Below, in pieces: positions 38,776 to 48,257 of a DNA stretch of 64,000 bases. The stretch is from a virus. The stretch is taken from positions 392-64,391 of IMG/VR virus record IMGVR_UViG_3300005529_000034; one strand, 5' to 3'. The number at the start of each line of letters is the position of its first letter. The stretch's first letter is position 1. Position numbers and translations under genes: made by a program. The notes beneath the pieces were generated by a model, which saw only the letters and a list, made by a program, of their open reading frames with translations, searched no databases and had not been told where the DNA came from.

Positions 38776-39107
38776 CTACGACCTAACTCCAGTACGCTCG
38801 GGCGGCATGTTTCATAAAGCTCGTCCCAGCAGGCGATTTGCGCCGCGAGGAGCGAGAGGTCTTTTCCGCGACGCCGCCATGACGCACGGATATCTTCAAT
38901 CGGCCGGTCAGTTGTCACTACCGGAATGGTCTTCGCTGCTTCGAGAATCGAAGGCATCGCATGCGGCCATAGATGCATGTGAAGAATGCTATCCGGCGTG
39001 GCCCGCTGGCGCTCACTAAGGGTCACGGTGTGACGCTTGGGCCAGCCCAGCAGCTCCAGCAGCGCATGCGTGCCGCTGTGCTCGATGGTCGCAACAAGGA
39101 CCTGCAT
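38748..39107 (-). CDS. sulfotransferase-like P-loop protein (tentative)
   Basis: ATIEHSGTHAL resembles 5'-PSB loop; DRPIEDIRASW resembles 3'-PB motif. Confidence 0.45.
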   Translation of the reverse strand: MQVLVATIEHSGTHALLELLGWPKRHTVTLSERQRATPDSILHMHLWPHAMPSILEAAKTIPVVTTDRPIEDIRASWRRRGKDLSLLAAQIACWDELYETCRPSVLELGRRWLPNPTGC

Positions 39108-40402
39108 TACAGGCCCGCCGCGGGCACCTTATAGACGTATAGCGATCCCGAGATGCTCGGCAGATACACCAGCGCGGCCTGCCCGTTGCCCATGTCGCGG
39201 ATAATTTGAAAGCGCGACGAGGTGAAATTGTTGTTCGAAGGCCGCGCGAAGTCCGATGACGACGGGCCGCCGCTCGGGCTCAATGTCGTCCAAACCGCGG
39301 TGCCGCCCGTGTTGATCGCTCCGCTCGTCGTCGGCAGCGCCAGCTTGTAAATCGTGCCGCTGTTGACACGCGGATCACACACGGCGATAGAGTTATTGGC
39401 TGCAATGAACTGCGAACCCGTGTCCGCACCGCCGGTCGTCGCGGAACCATAGTAGCCTGTGCCACTCGTCGCGAGCTGCGTGAAGCTGTCGTCCGAGAGC
39501 TTCCAGACCCAGATTTTCTGGTCCCAATTCGAGCCAATGACGACGCAGTCCAGCTCTTTGCAGTAGCAGCCCCAATTGGGGAAAATCGTCGGCGAGCCCG
39601 GGTTACTGCTCGACGGCACAAAGCTGCTGTTCGAGCTGAATTTCCACCACGCATAACCGGCGGACCCGGAGCCGTTACCCGTGCTGATGATCTTGTGGCG
39701 ACTCTCGTCCCACCATCCGAGGCCGAAGCCGTGGAAATTATCGTTGCCGCCCGGTCCGCCCAGACGCGTCCACGGATTCGTGCTCGCGTACGGCCAGGGC
39801 GTTGACGAGCCCACAAGATCACGGTCGAAAGACCATACCTGCGAAACATTCCCACCCTGCCCCGAGACTGCGGCCGTCATGAACGGCAGCCAGACCTTAC
39901 CGTCGCCGAATGTGACGATGGAGTTGTGGGTCGCCGTCGGGCGCCCGTCGCCGTAATCGCCATTGGTAGGCGGATTGCTGCCGATAGTCGGCATGCTCGC
40001 ATTTGGCGTCGGGTCGGAGATGCGATACGCCTGCTGCGAACTCGACTTTACGAGGATTCCGTAAACCTCGTTGCCCGGATAGTCAGCGTGACCGCCGCAG
40101 GCGGGGAAGATCAACTCGCCATTGCGTTGATCGACGCACGCGCCGGTCCATGCATCGTTGACCGAATTGATGTTCTCGCCGCCGAGATTCGTCGCGGGCT
40201 GCGGCGAGGGCGTCGGCCATGTGCCGACACTGCGCGTGGTCCATGTGCCGTCGCTCTGCGATGTGAACCAGGACGGCGCGCCGCTGCCGCTCGAATTGGA
40301 GACACCGACCGCTTTGCCTGCCAGCGCGAGGGCGCCTGCAAGCGGCTGCCGCCCGACAGGCGCAGGCGGCAATGTGCGGTCATAATTGATGTTCCAACCC
40401 AT
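39107..40402 (-). CDS. beta-propeller virion appendage protein
   Basis: Kelch-like blades (GGHADY.GNEVY, WTRL, VW.W); one AGALALAGK repeat at N-terminus. Confidence 0.5.
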   Translation of the reverse strand: MGWNINYDRTLPPAPVGRQPLAGALALAGKAVGVSNSSGSGAPSWFTSQSDGTWTTRSVGTWPTPSPQPATNLGGENINSVNDAWTGACVDQRNGELIFPACGGHADYPGNEVYGILVKSSSQQAYRISDPTPNASMPTIGSNPPTNGDYGDGRPTATHNSIVTFGDGKVWLPFMTAAVSGQGGNVSQVWSFDRDLVGSSTPWPYASTNPWTRLGGPGGNDNFHGFGLGWWDESRHKIISTGNGSGSAGYAWWKFSSNSSFVPSSSNPGSPTIFPNWGCYCKELDCVVIGSNWDQKIWVWKLSDDSFTQLATSGTGYYGSATTGGADTGSQFIAANNSIAVCDPRVNSGTIYKLALPTTSGAINTGGTAVWTTLSPSGGPSSSDFARPSNNNFTSSRFQIIRDMGNGQAALVYLPSISGSLYVYKVPAAGL

Positions 40403-40403
40403 A

Positions 40404-41336
40404 CTAGAGGTATACCTGCGGGCAAGAAATGAAGTTGCGACTCGCGATGATTTGCGTGTACTTATGCCAAGTGCTTACAGAGGAATCGACGCGCCCCGTG
40501 TCGTACGGAGTCATCCAGAGCGAATTCGGACCGTTCGGATATTTCGGGTCCGGCGATCCGATTGCGAAATCGCGCGAGGCAAAGAGTTGCGTGTACGACG
40601 TCTGTCCGTATCGCGCGACGTACAGGTCCATCTGATTGCCAGTCGTACCGCCCGGATTCGCGTATCGAACGCGATACATGACGGTGAACCATTCGCCGAC
40701 CGGCCATTGCCAGCAATGCGGCAGTCCGGCGCCCAACTCGCTATATAAGCAGAGCTGATTGCCCGCGGGCTGCAAAAACAAGTCCCCACCGCCGCCATTC
40801 GGCTCCCATAACGGCGGTGTCCCATTGCCCGTCTCGAAATAGGGGCTCGGAATCTGCCAATTGTAGGTCGAGATGACGAATTCATCATTTGTATGCGAGT
40901 TAGAATTCGCGATACCGCCTGTGATATCCAGGCCGCCCATGATGAAAATCTTGAAGCCGCCGCCGCCATTGGACGGTACGAGCCGATTCGGGCCTAGCTT
41001 GATCCGAAATTGAACATACAAGTCAGAGCTGCCGATGCCGCTCGTGTTTGTCGCGTTCCATGTCGAGTCGAGCTTGAAAATCCAAGCCGGCGTGCCGCTG
41101 GAGGCGGCCGGCACGTCGGTCTTGAGGCAGGCAGTGCCGGTCAGGAACTCGGTCGTGTCTCGCGACACGTCACCCTGACTACTGTTCGGGAAGATGCCCG
41201 CATTGAAAGTGGCCGCGTTACGGAAGTCCTCCGCATTCATGACCCCCGTTGCCGTGGACCGGTTGAGCCAGTCCTGCTCCAGAGAGGCGGCCCCGCCCGG
41301 TGAAAGAGCGGGGTTCATGCGAATGTTCCAGGCCAC
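40404..41336 (-). CDS. polysaccharide lyase-like / ConA jelly-roll protein
   Basis: LYVQFRIK, GGFKI, WPVGEWFTVMYRV, MDLYV. Confidence 0.5.
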   Translation of the reverse strand: MAWNIRMNPALSPGGAASLEQDWLNRSTATGVMNAEDFRNAATFNAGIFPNSSQGDVSRDTTEFLTGTACLKTDVPAASSGTPAWIFKLDSTWNATNTSGIGSSDLYVQFRIKLGPNRLVPSNGGGGFKIFIMGGLDITGGIANSNSHTNDEFVISTYNWQIPSPYFETGNGTPPLWEPNGGGGDLFLQPAGNQLCLYSELGAGLPHCWQWPVGEWFTVMYRVRYANPGGTTGNQMDLYVARYGQTSYTQLFASRDFAIGSPDPKYPNGPNSLWMTPYDTGRVDSSVSTWHKYTQIIASRNFISCPQVYL

Positions 41337-41340
41337 GCGC

Positions 41341-41808
41341 TTAGGTCAGCGTGAAGACGCCGGAGGCGTTCGGCGTGATCGTCAGCGTATTGCCATTGGC
41401 AATCGTGAACGCCGCCGTGGACAGCGTGACGTAACAGAGCAGCTTACCCGCGCCGGCACCCGTCGAGTTCCGAATCAGCGCGTATTTGATGTTGTTGAGC
41501 GCCGAACCGGAAGCCGTGAAGACGAGGCCAATGGTCGAGTAAGTGAACTGATACGACTTCGCCGAAGCGCCTACTGTCCATTTCGCCGTCGCCGGCACGA
41601 GATTGCGGCCGTTGGCAGCGTAGCCGCCGCGCGCCGAAATCTCACCGGGGATGGACGCAGCGGTCGAGCGCGTCGAGAGAACGAGAATTGCAGCCGACGC
41701 CGAAGCGCGGTGCAATTGCATTTTGAACACGCCAGCGCCGAGAGTAATCGTGCCGTTGCCGATATACTTCTTCGCCTTCGCGTAGATTTTCCACGTGCCT
41801 GCAGCCAT
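41341..41808 (-). CDS. small virion structural protein
   Basis: beta-rich; FK..L, GGYA..G, FTA.G..I.YA..Y, ends GVFTLT. Confidence 0.55.
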   Translation of the reverse strand: MAAGTWKIYAKAKKYIGNGTITLGAGVFKMQLHRASASAAILVLSTRSTAASIPGEISARGGYAANGRNLVPATAKWTVGASAKSYQFTYSTIGLVFTASGSALNNIKYALIRNSTGAGAGKLLCYVTLSTAAFTIANGNTLTITPNASGVFTLT

Positions 41809-41841
41809 TTTCTAGTTATTCTCCGAAAGGAAGGGATGCGC

Positions 41842-43461
41842 TCACTTTAAGAACGAATCCTGTTCGTCCGCGAGCGCTGCGCCGGTCGTCAGGATGTGGG
41901 AAATGAGGCCATCACCATAGACCTCCAACTCAATCTCGCTGCCGAGGAATTTGACGAGGTCCTGAAATTCTTGGGCCTGGGAAATCATCCAGGGATGGCA
42001 CATGAATTGCCGTCCACTGACGTTCACAGGAATCACCGCTTGATTGTCATTCTCGGGCTGTGCGTACGCGTGATGGTGGCGCACTTCTTCGCCCGCATCG
42101 GGCTCACTCAGGCAGGAATCGAAGCCGAAAAGGTGGAATTTCTTGAAGCCCAGCATGCGCAGGAGTGGGATCGCACGCAGCATGACGGTTGAGCCGCCCG
42201 GCACTTGATACCACACGGAGCGTTCCGCATTCACAATCTCGCGGATCGACTCCATGCCGGTGTGCCATAGGAAAGTGCGATCCTTCGGCAGGTCGCGCAG
42301 CAATTCCGGGTGGCACTGGGAGCTGATCAGGTATTTGCAGTCGGGTACAACCGGCTGCACAAATCGCTTGTTGAATTCGCGCGAGTCCACGACGACGGTC
42401 GCGGAGGGCGTGAGACCGTGCTCCAGCGCCCAGTTATACGTGCCGTTTAGCGTGACGAGCTTTTTCCCTTCCGCTCGCATCTGCATGATGGTCGCCTCGC
42501 AGATTGCGAGACTTGGGCCGCCACCGAGGATCATGACCTCCATATCATTCGTCTCGTACGGGCGGACTTCTTGCCAGTTTGCCCGCAGATTCTTGACGAC
42601 GTTCTGCACGAGCTGCTTCTCGTCGTTGTTCAATACGCCGTGCTTGACAACTTCGGTGCCCGCTTGCCACGCCGTGACGTAGAACAGCGCCGAGTGCGTC
42701 AGGTCCTTAGACCAGTGAACCACGCAGCCGAGGTCTTGGAATTTCTTCAGCCACCAATCATGGGGCTTGACGGTCAGATGCAGCGGCGCGCCGATAAGTT
42801 TGCCGCAAACATCATCGACGCAGCTAATCTGAAAGAAGACATGCTGCGCGGCACGCAGCACATTCATCAGCACCGTATCGACATCGTCCGGCGGAATGTG
42901 CTCCATCACGTCGGTGCAATAGCCGTATTCCGCCGAGAAGGGCACTTCCTTCATGAGGTCGTGCTGCACGAAGCTCATGCGCTCAGGCTGGCTCTGCGTG
43001 GCATTGCGGACATCTTCGTCGAGGCAATTTGCCGCAAAATCCAGCATCTTGACGCGCAGCCCGCCAAAGAATGCGAGGCTCAGTGCGCCACGACCCGTAC
43101 CGGCACCGAAATCAATGACCTCAGCGTCGTGGCGCGGCTTGGCGATTTGCAAAAAGAGCTGCGCAACGTCCTCGCCGGGTGCAACCTGCCGGTACTGCGG
43201 GAATTCCCACATTTTCTGGTACTTCTCCTGCTCGGAGAGTACTGGCTTGTGCAGCGTACACGGCTTCATCGGATCGCAACTACACGTCACGCCCGGCTGA
43301 CTGCACATCTTCGCCGCTGCCTCTTCGGCCTTGCGCGCGGCCTTCGCCGCCACATGCGCGTCCCACCGACCCGCGGCGCGCAACTCGGCCTCGCTTTCGG
43401 CAGCCGACTGCACTTTCACGCCGGGCTGAAAGCCTTCATAGCCCACGACATCATCTTGCAC
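41842..43461 (-). CDS. class I SAM methyltransferase fused to DUF115/Maf-type glycosyltransferase-like domain
   Basis: VIDFGAGTG, YCTDVMEH; C-terminal MILGGGPSL, LNG..W, GGSTV..A..L...LGFKK.HLFGFDS. Confidence 0.75.
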   Translation of the reverse strand: MQDDVVGYEGFQPGVKVQSAAESEAELRAAGRWDAHVAAKAARKAEEAAAKMCSQPGVTCSCDPMKPCTLHKPVLSEQEKYQKMWEFPQYRQVAPGEDVAQLFLQIAKPRHDAEVIDFGAGTGRGALSLAFFGGLRVKMLDFAANCLDEDVRNATQSQPERMSFVQHDLMKEVPFSAEYGYCTDVMEHIPPDDVDTVLMNVLRAAQHVFFQISCVDDVCGKLIGAPLHLTVKPHDWWLKKFQDLGCVVHWSKDLTHSALFYVTAWQAGTEVVKHGVLNNDEKQLVQNVVKNLRANWQEVRPYETNDMEVMILGGGPSLAICEATIMQMRAEGKKLVTLNGTYNWALEHGLTPSATVVVDSREFNKRFVQPVVPDCKYLISSQCHPELLRDLPKDRTFLWHTGMESIREIVNAERSVWYQVPGGSTVMLRAIPLLRMLGFKKFHLFGFDSCLSEPDAGEEVRHHHAYAQPENDNQAVIPVNVSGRQFMCHPWMISQAQEFQDLVKFLGSEIELEVYGDGLISHILTTGAALADEQDSFLK

Positions 43462-43473
43462 TAGGAGTTTTCC

Positions 43474-45915
43474 TTAGCGTTTCTTGGGTACAGCAGGCTT
43501 CGCGGTGGCTAGTTTTTCTTTGCTCTTATTGGTCGCGGCGCTTACGCGCTCTGCCGATTTGATTTTCGCGTTGGTCTGCGACTCAGTGGACGCAGCCTTA
43601 ACCGCGGTCTGGTGATCAGCCGCCTCGATATTCGCGGCGGTCTGGCGGTCGCTCGATTCGATCTTGGCTGCGGTCTGCAAGTTGGCAGCCTGAGTTTTCT
43701 GCGTCGCGAGACGTTCCGTCGAGTCGCGATCCGCAGCAGCATTAGCATTGTCGTTCAGCATTTGCTGCTGACCCATGCGCTCCTCGGTTTGCAGGCCGGC
43801 GATATCGGTCTGCTGCTGCATTTCACCGAGCCGCATCTTGATCGCAGCGTCGAAGCGAGCCTCCATGTCGGCGATAGCCAGCTCATGCTGCCGCTGCCGT
43901 TCGGCCTCGGCTGCTTCGAATTGGCGCTGCCGTTCGGCGTCCTGCGCTTCGTACTGCGCCTTCATGGCGTCGAGCTGCTGGCCCTTCTCGTCGGCTTGAG
44001 CCTTCGCCTGCGCCAGCATGAGTTTCGTCTGATTCGTCTCGGTCGTGCGCTTCGCGGCGCCCTCTTCCTTGATTTGTGCGACCTGCACGGAATTGTCTTG
44101 CGGCGCTGCCTGCGGTTGCGGAGGCGGCTGCTTAATTTCGTCAATCGCGTCCTCAACGGCTTCGCCCATGCGCATACCGCGCGCTACGCGCGTTGCGATG
44201 GTCTTGAAGACATCGACCGACAGCAGGCCCATCTGAATGGCCGGCGCAAATGTGGATGCCAGCGTTGCAATCGCCTGCACGGATTGCATCATAGCTTCCG
44301 TGTCGCGATTGATCGTCTCGGCAATCGTGCTATCTGTCTCGATATCAATGCGATATTGACGCATCTCATCGGACTGCAGAAGCTGCATGACATCTTTCCA
44401 TGTCGGGAGCTTCAAAATGTCCTGTGCCTTGGACATCTCAGCCGGATCAGGCGGCTGTTGCGTCTGCTGTGCCTCTGCCTGCATCTCCGCAAGCATCTGC
44501 TGCACTTTGGCCTTGTCCTCGTCCGTCGGAAGCTGCACACCGGTCATCGATGCGAGCGTCTCGGCGTCGAAATGTTCGGCGAAAATCTCGGCTTTGAGCC
44601 GCAGGATATCTCGCACGAACCGTTGCACGTCGCGCTGTACGCGCTGGAGCCGCAACGAGCCAAATTGTGTCTTGCGATCCGTGGCGGTGGCGGTTTCGTG
44701 CGGATTCGCCACGCCGCGCTGAATGTCGGAAATGCCCGTCAGCTCGTAGATCGACTGAATGATGCGGTCGCGAGCTTCAATCAGGCCCTGAAGAACCTGA
44801 ATGAGCTTGTCAATCGGCATGATCCAGATAGCCTTGTCCAAACCGCCGAGGTTCTGCACCTGCGAAGCGTTTTGAATCGGGATCATGTCCTGATCCTCGG
44901 CCTGCAGAATCTGCGGGACTTCCGACAAGCTCGCATCGTACGCGCCGCGCACTTTCAGCGCGTTGACGATCTTGTTGATGCGATAGGTGACGCGATTCAG
45001 CTCATGCGCTTGCTGCTCGTACTTCCGATACGGAATATGAGGAACGAGCGTCGTCGTGTCTTCAATTGCGTACAGCGGCGGCGGCATCGGGAAGAACCCG
45101 ACGAGCTTCAGCGGGTCCTCTTTCGTGTCCAGCGGACCGGCATCAAAGCCGTGCGAGACGAAAAGGACCTGTCGCTTGCTGCGATCCCAGATTTCCCAGA
45201 CTTCGCAGACCTGCCAGAGCGTCTTGATGTCATCCTTGAAGGTCTTCGCGACGGTGCTCGTGGGCTCCGTCAGCGTGCAGGCGTCGGCCTTTTCCTTGCC
45301 GAACATCTCAACGAGTTCATCATAGTGAAATTCGTGCCGGAATGCGACCCAGGGTACATCACGCCATTCCTTTGCGGCGCCATGACGAAAGTCATCCCAT
45401 TGGACGTGCGCGCAGGGCGCCTTCTCGTCGGCGACTTGCTCGTAGTCGTCTGCGTCGCTCTCGGCGTCCTCACTTTTTTCGGAAACAACGGTCGGCAGGT
45501 ATTTCACCCGCACTAGACCGCGGCCGACAATCTCGGTATCGAGCACAACCGCACGCATTTCTGCGTCGAAGTCGTAATCGTCGATGGAGAACGCCAGTGC
45601 GCGCTCAATGACCTTCGAGCCGACCTTACCGACCGGATCGGCATCGCGGAAGCGCCGACGCACATCGGGGCGCGGCGTCGAATTGTAAATGGCCGGCCGC
45701 AGCGTCTCGACGTTGCTCCAGAAAATGTTGAAGGTGTTGTCAGCCGCTTTCTTCGACTGATACAGCTCCCAGCACTTCTGCGCATCCTCGCGCCACGGTT
45801 GCTCAATCTCATCCGCAAGCTGCAATTCCGAAAGCCAACGCCGCAAGATGCCGGTCGCCGATTGCTCGACTTCCGAAATCGTCTTGAACGTATTGGTTGC
45901 GTCGGCTTCTGCCAA
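43474..45915 (-). CDS. portal protein with long C-terminal coiled coil
   Basis: TTG start; FNIFWSNV..L.P.IY, DDF..G, ELTGISDI.RG..ETATA; Gln/Ala tail. Confidence 0.88.
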   Translation of the reverse strand: MAEADATNTFKTISEVEQSATGILRRWLSELQLADEIEQPWREDAQKCWELYQSKKAADNTFNIFWSNVETLRPAIYNSTPRPDVRRRFRDADPVGKVGSKVIERALAFSIDDYDFDAEMRAVVLDTEIVGRGLVRVKYLPTVVSEKSEDAESDADDYEQVADEKAPCAHVQWDDFRHGAAKEWRDVPWVAFRHEFHYDELVEMFGKEKADACTLTEPTSTVAKTFKDDIKTLWQVCEVWEIWDRSKRQVLFVSHGFDAGPLDTKEDPLKLVGFFPMPPPLYAIEDTTTLVPHIPYRKYEQQAHELNRVTYRINKIVNALKVRGAYDASLSEVPQILQAEDQDMIPIQNASQVQNLGGLDKAIWIMPIDKLIQVLQGLIEARDRIIQSIYELTGISDIQRGVANPHETATATDRKTQFGSLRLQRVQRDVQRFVRDILRLKAEIFAEHFDAETLASMTGVQLPTDEDKAKVQQMLAEMQAEAQQTQQPPDPAEMSKAQDILKLPTWKDVMQLLQSDEMRQYRIDIETDSTIAETINRDTEAMMQSVQAIATLASTFAPAIQMGLLSVDVFKTIATRVARGMRMGEAVEDAIDEIKQPPPQPQAAPQDNSVQVAQIKEEGAAKRTTETNQTKLMLAQAKAQADEKGQQLDAMKAQYEAQDAERQRQFEAAEAERQRQHELAIADMEARFDAAIKMRLGEMQQQTDIAGLQTEERMGQQQMLNDNANAAADRDSTERLATQKTQAANLQTAAKIESSDRQTAANIEAADHQTAVKAASTESQTNAKIKSAERVSAATNKSKEKLATAKPAVPKKR

Positions 45916-45934
45916 GGAATTTGCTCTTATTGTT

Positions 45935-46011
45935 TGGCTGACACGGGAGGGCTCGAACCTCCGACCATTCCGTTAACAGCGGAGCGCTCTACCGGACTGA
46001 GCTACGCGTCA
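45935..46011 (-). tRNA. tRNA-Asn (GTT)
   Basis: TGACGCG/CGTGTCA acceptor, GCTC/GAGC D stem, CTGTTAA loop, TTCGAGC T loop, encoded CCA. Confidence 0.92.
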
Positions 46012-46015
46012 AAAG

Positions 46016-46090
46016 TGGCGACCCCGGCGGGAATTCAACCCGCGACCCTCCGCTAGACAGGCGGATGCTCTACCATTGAGCTACGGAGCC
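46016..46090 (-). tRNA. tRNA-Asp (GTC), atypical T loop and U37
   Basis: GGCTCCG/CGGGGTC, TCCGC/GCGGA, CTGTCTA loop, TTGAATT T loop, CCA. Confidence 0.85.
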
Positions 46091-46100
46091 GTGAAAATGA

Positions 46101-46162
46101 GCGGATTGTCTCGGTCTGGACATGCCCAGCGAGACTGAGGGCTAACCCGCGAATACCCCTCA
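46101..46162 (-). ncRNA. candidate pseudoknotted RNA upstream of tRNA-Asp
   Basis: TGAGGG/CCCTCA with loop GCGGGTT pairing AATCCGC; GTCTCG/CGAGAC plus CTGG/CCAG hairpin. Confidence 0.4.
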
Positions 46163-46245
46163 CCCTTACGATTTATCCGGCGTAGCGTGGCTGGCCATGT
46201 CACAGCCCTTTGGACTCACTCGCACCGGCCTTACGATTCGGGCGT

Positions 46246-47742
46246 TCAACGATTTTCTCTGGCGCGGCGGGCGCGCGTACGCTGCGATACGATGTCTGCG
46301 AAGGTCGGAGCACCCTGAAACGTTGTTCCCTTGTTCCAAGTCGGGGCCGGCGGAGTCGCCTGCCCAGGACGCGCCCAGGGGCGCGACATACACGCGTACC
46401 GCGTTTCGTCGCCGGCATGATCTTCACCGGTCGTATCGACATCCTCGACAGCATTGGCGGCCTTCCCGCGATCATGCTGCAGCATTGGTAGCGTACGAAT
46501 CGTGTCTCCGCAGAGCCGGCTGAAGTAGAGCATCGGGTCTCCCTCGATGTCGCCCTTCAGGCGCTGCCGCAGTTGATCCCAGCCGGCCTTGCGATTGTTA
46601 TCGCCACGCTGGAAATATACTTTCCGCTTCGCCATGCGCTCGGCGATGCTCGGGCCGCCGTCAATCTTGAACGCGCTCGGGTCGATGACGGACATATCCA
46701 TCTTCTCGCCCTTATCCTCGCGCGCCAGAATGCCGTCTGCCACCTCTTCGGCGGTGAGCTTCAGTCCGACGTTGGCCTCATCCTCGCGCATGCCGTACCA
46801 TTCTCGGTACTTGACGAGCGCGCCGCGCGGAAACCATTTCTCACCGGCTGCATTCGGGTACTCCACGATGCTGCCATCCGCAACGGCGTACCAGCCGACA
46901 CTGAAGGGAGCCGACGAGCCCCAGTCCATCGACCGGAAGCGCGTCCAGCCCTTTGGAATCGGGAACGGCTCAATGATGTGCCGTTGGGCGTCGAACTCGG
47001 GATAAAAGGCGCCTGCGATGACGTTCCAGTCGCCCGCGAGGTACATCTTGACCAACGCCTCGCTGCCGAGGCCACGCAGGCGCGCGATATACTCGGGATC
47101 GTTCGCAAGGAGAATCTTGTTGTCGGTGACACTCGAACGGATGAACATCCGCTGACCGCCAGCGCTATCCGAGGGCAGGAGCACATCGCCAAGCGGGAAC
47201 TTGTCGATGGCAAAGTACTTCTTGATCCAGCCGTGGCCGACGCCACCCGGGTTGCCTGTGCCGCGAATGCGCTTGTTCGGGATAGCCTGCGCACCGTTGC
47301 GCAAGCGCGTCTTCATCTGCCGGTAGAGATTGGGAGTCGGCCATTGCGGCATCTCGTCCCAGCCAATCCATTGATATTGGTGACCCTGATACTCCATCCA
47401 GGCGTCTTCGTCATCGGCGTGTCGAAACTTTAGTGTAGCACCGTTGGGCCACTTCCAGAGATGGTTGCCGATGGTGAACTCCGCACCGTTGAACCAAGCG
47501 GGGTAAATCTGCTTGGAGCGGGCGACGAGTTCTTCCAACTGCGGATAGCTGCGCCGAAATAGAATCCCAGTCCAATTAGCGCCATACCGCGCCACATCCT
47601 GCGCATAATCGCCGAGTAAGAAATCTGACTTACCTCCGCCGACGGCGCCGCCGAAGAAAAGCTCGGGCACCATGTGGCACTGAATGGCCTTCAACTGCGG
47701 GCCGGGTTGCGCGCGCCACGGCACGCTCTCGAATTCGCTCAC
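46246..47742 (-). CDS. terminase large subunit
   Basis: Walker A FFGGAVGGGKS, Walker B GWDE, TGNPGG, nuclease SMDWG and DHAGDETRY. Confidence 0.95.
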   Translation of the reverse strand: MSEFESVPWRAQPGPQLKAIQCHMVPELFFGGAVGGGKSDFLLGDYAQDVARYGANWTGILFRRSYPQLEELVARSKQIYPAWFNGAEFTIGNHLWKWPNGATLKFRHADDEDAWMEYQGHQYQWIGWDEMPQWPTPNLYRQMKTRLRNGAQAIPNKRIRGTGNPGGVGHGWIKKYFAIDKFPLGDVLLPSDSAGGQRMFIRSSVTDNKILLANDPEYIARLRGLGSEALVKMYLAGDWNVIAGAFYPEFDAQRHIIEPFPIPKGWTRFRSMDWGSSAPFSVGWYAVADGSIVEYPNAAGEKWFPRGALVKYREWYGMREDEANVGLKLTAEEVADGILAREDKGEKMDMSVIDPSAFKIDGGPSIAERMAKRKVYFQRGDNNRKAGWDQLRQRLKGDIEGDPMLYFSRLCGDTIRTLPMLQHDRGKAANAVEDVDTTGEDHAGDETRYACMSRPWARPGQATPPAPTWNKGTTFQGAPTFADIVSQRTRARRARENR

Positions 47743-48257
47743 GCGGCCTCGCGGACGATTTTGTCGGCGAGATGCCAGAGGTCCGGATGTCCATCGCCCA
47801 AGGCATCATCGAGCAGCCGGCGCTTCTCGGCAAGATACGTCACCGCGAAATCGGGATCATACTTGCGGATGCTCTTGGAATTATCGATGAGGTCGGCGAG
47901 CTTGATCGTCTTGATTTCACGCGGCTGGGCGGCGAGGCGCATGCGCTCGCGCTCTTTGCGCTCAAGGCGATTCAGCCGAGGATACGCGTGCGGTGTATAG
48001 AGGTCGGTCAGGCCGACGACGTAGCTCGCCACGGTGATGCCGAAGTCCCGGCGAACGTCATCGGCGTTGGCCATTGTGTCTTCGATGACATCGTGTAGCC
48101 ATGCCGCTGCGATCATCTCATCCGTGCCGCCGTGCAAAGTCACGAGGTGCGCAACAGCCTCCGGATGCCGCCAATACGGCTCGGAGGTATACTTGCGCAC
48201 TTGATCGCCGTGCCACTTGATCGCGGCAAGGCGTGCTCGCTTGATGAGGTTACTCAC
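47739..48257 (-). CDS. HD-domain hydrolase, RelA/SpoT (Mesh1/SAH) type
   Basis: EPY..HP..VA, AAWLHDVIEDT, IKLAD.IDN. Confidence 0.85.
   Translation of the reverse strand: MSNLIKRARLAAIKWHGDQVRKYTSEPYWRHPEAVAHLVTLHGGTDEMIAAAWLHDVIEDTMANADDVRRDFGITVASYVVGLTDLYTPHAYPRLNRLERKERERMRLAAQPREIKTIKLADLIDNSKSIRKYDPDFAVTYLAEKRRLLDDALGDGHPDLWHLADKIVREAA

Noticed and set aside
9413-45516. Long antisense ORFs (e.g. 9413-10732 -, 20777-21910 +, 43612-45516 +)
   Set aside because: Shadow frames of well-supported genes in GC-rich DNA, with no RBS or recognisable motifs.
46091-46245. Theta/HDV-like or twister ribozyme
   Set aside because: No room for P3/L3 between P2 and P1, as HDV requires; a twister-like CCGGATAAA is present but the UAA/P2 partner is missing.
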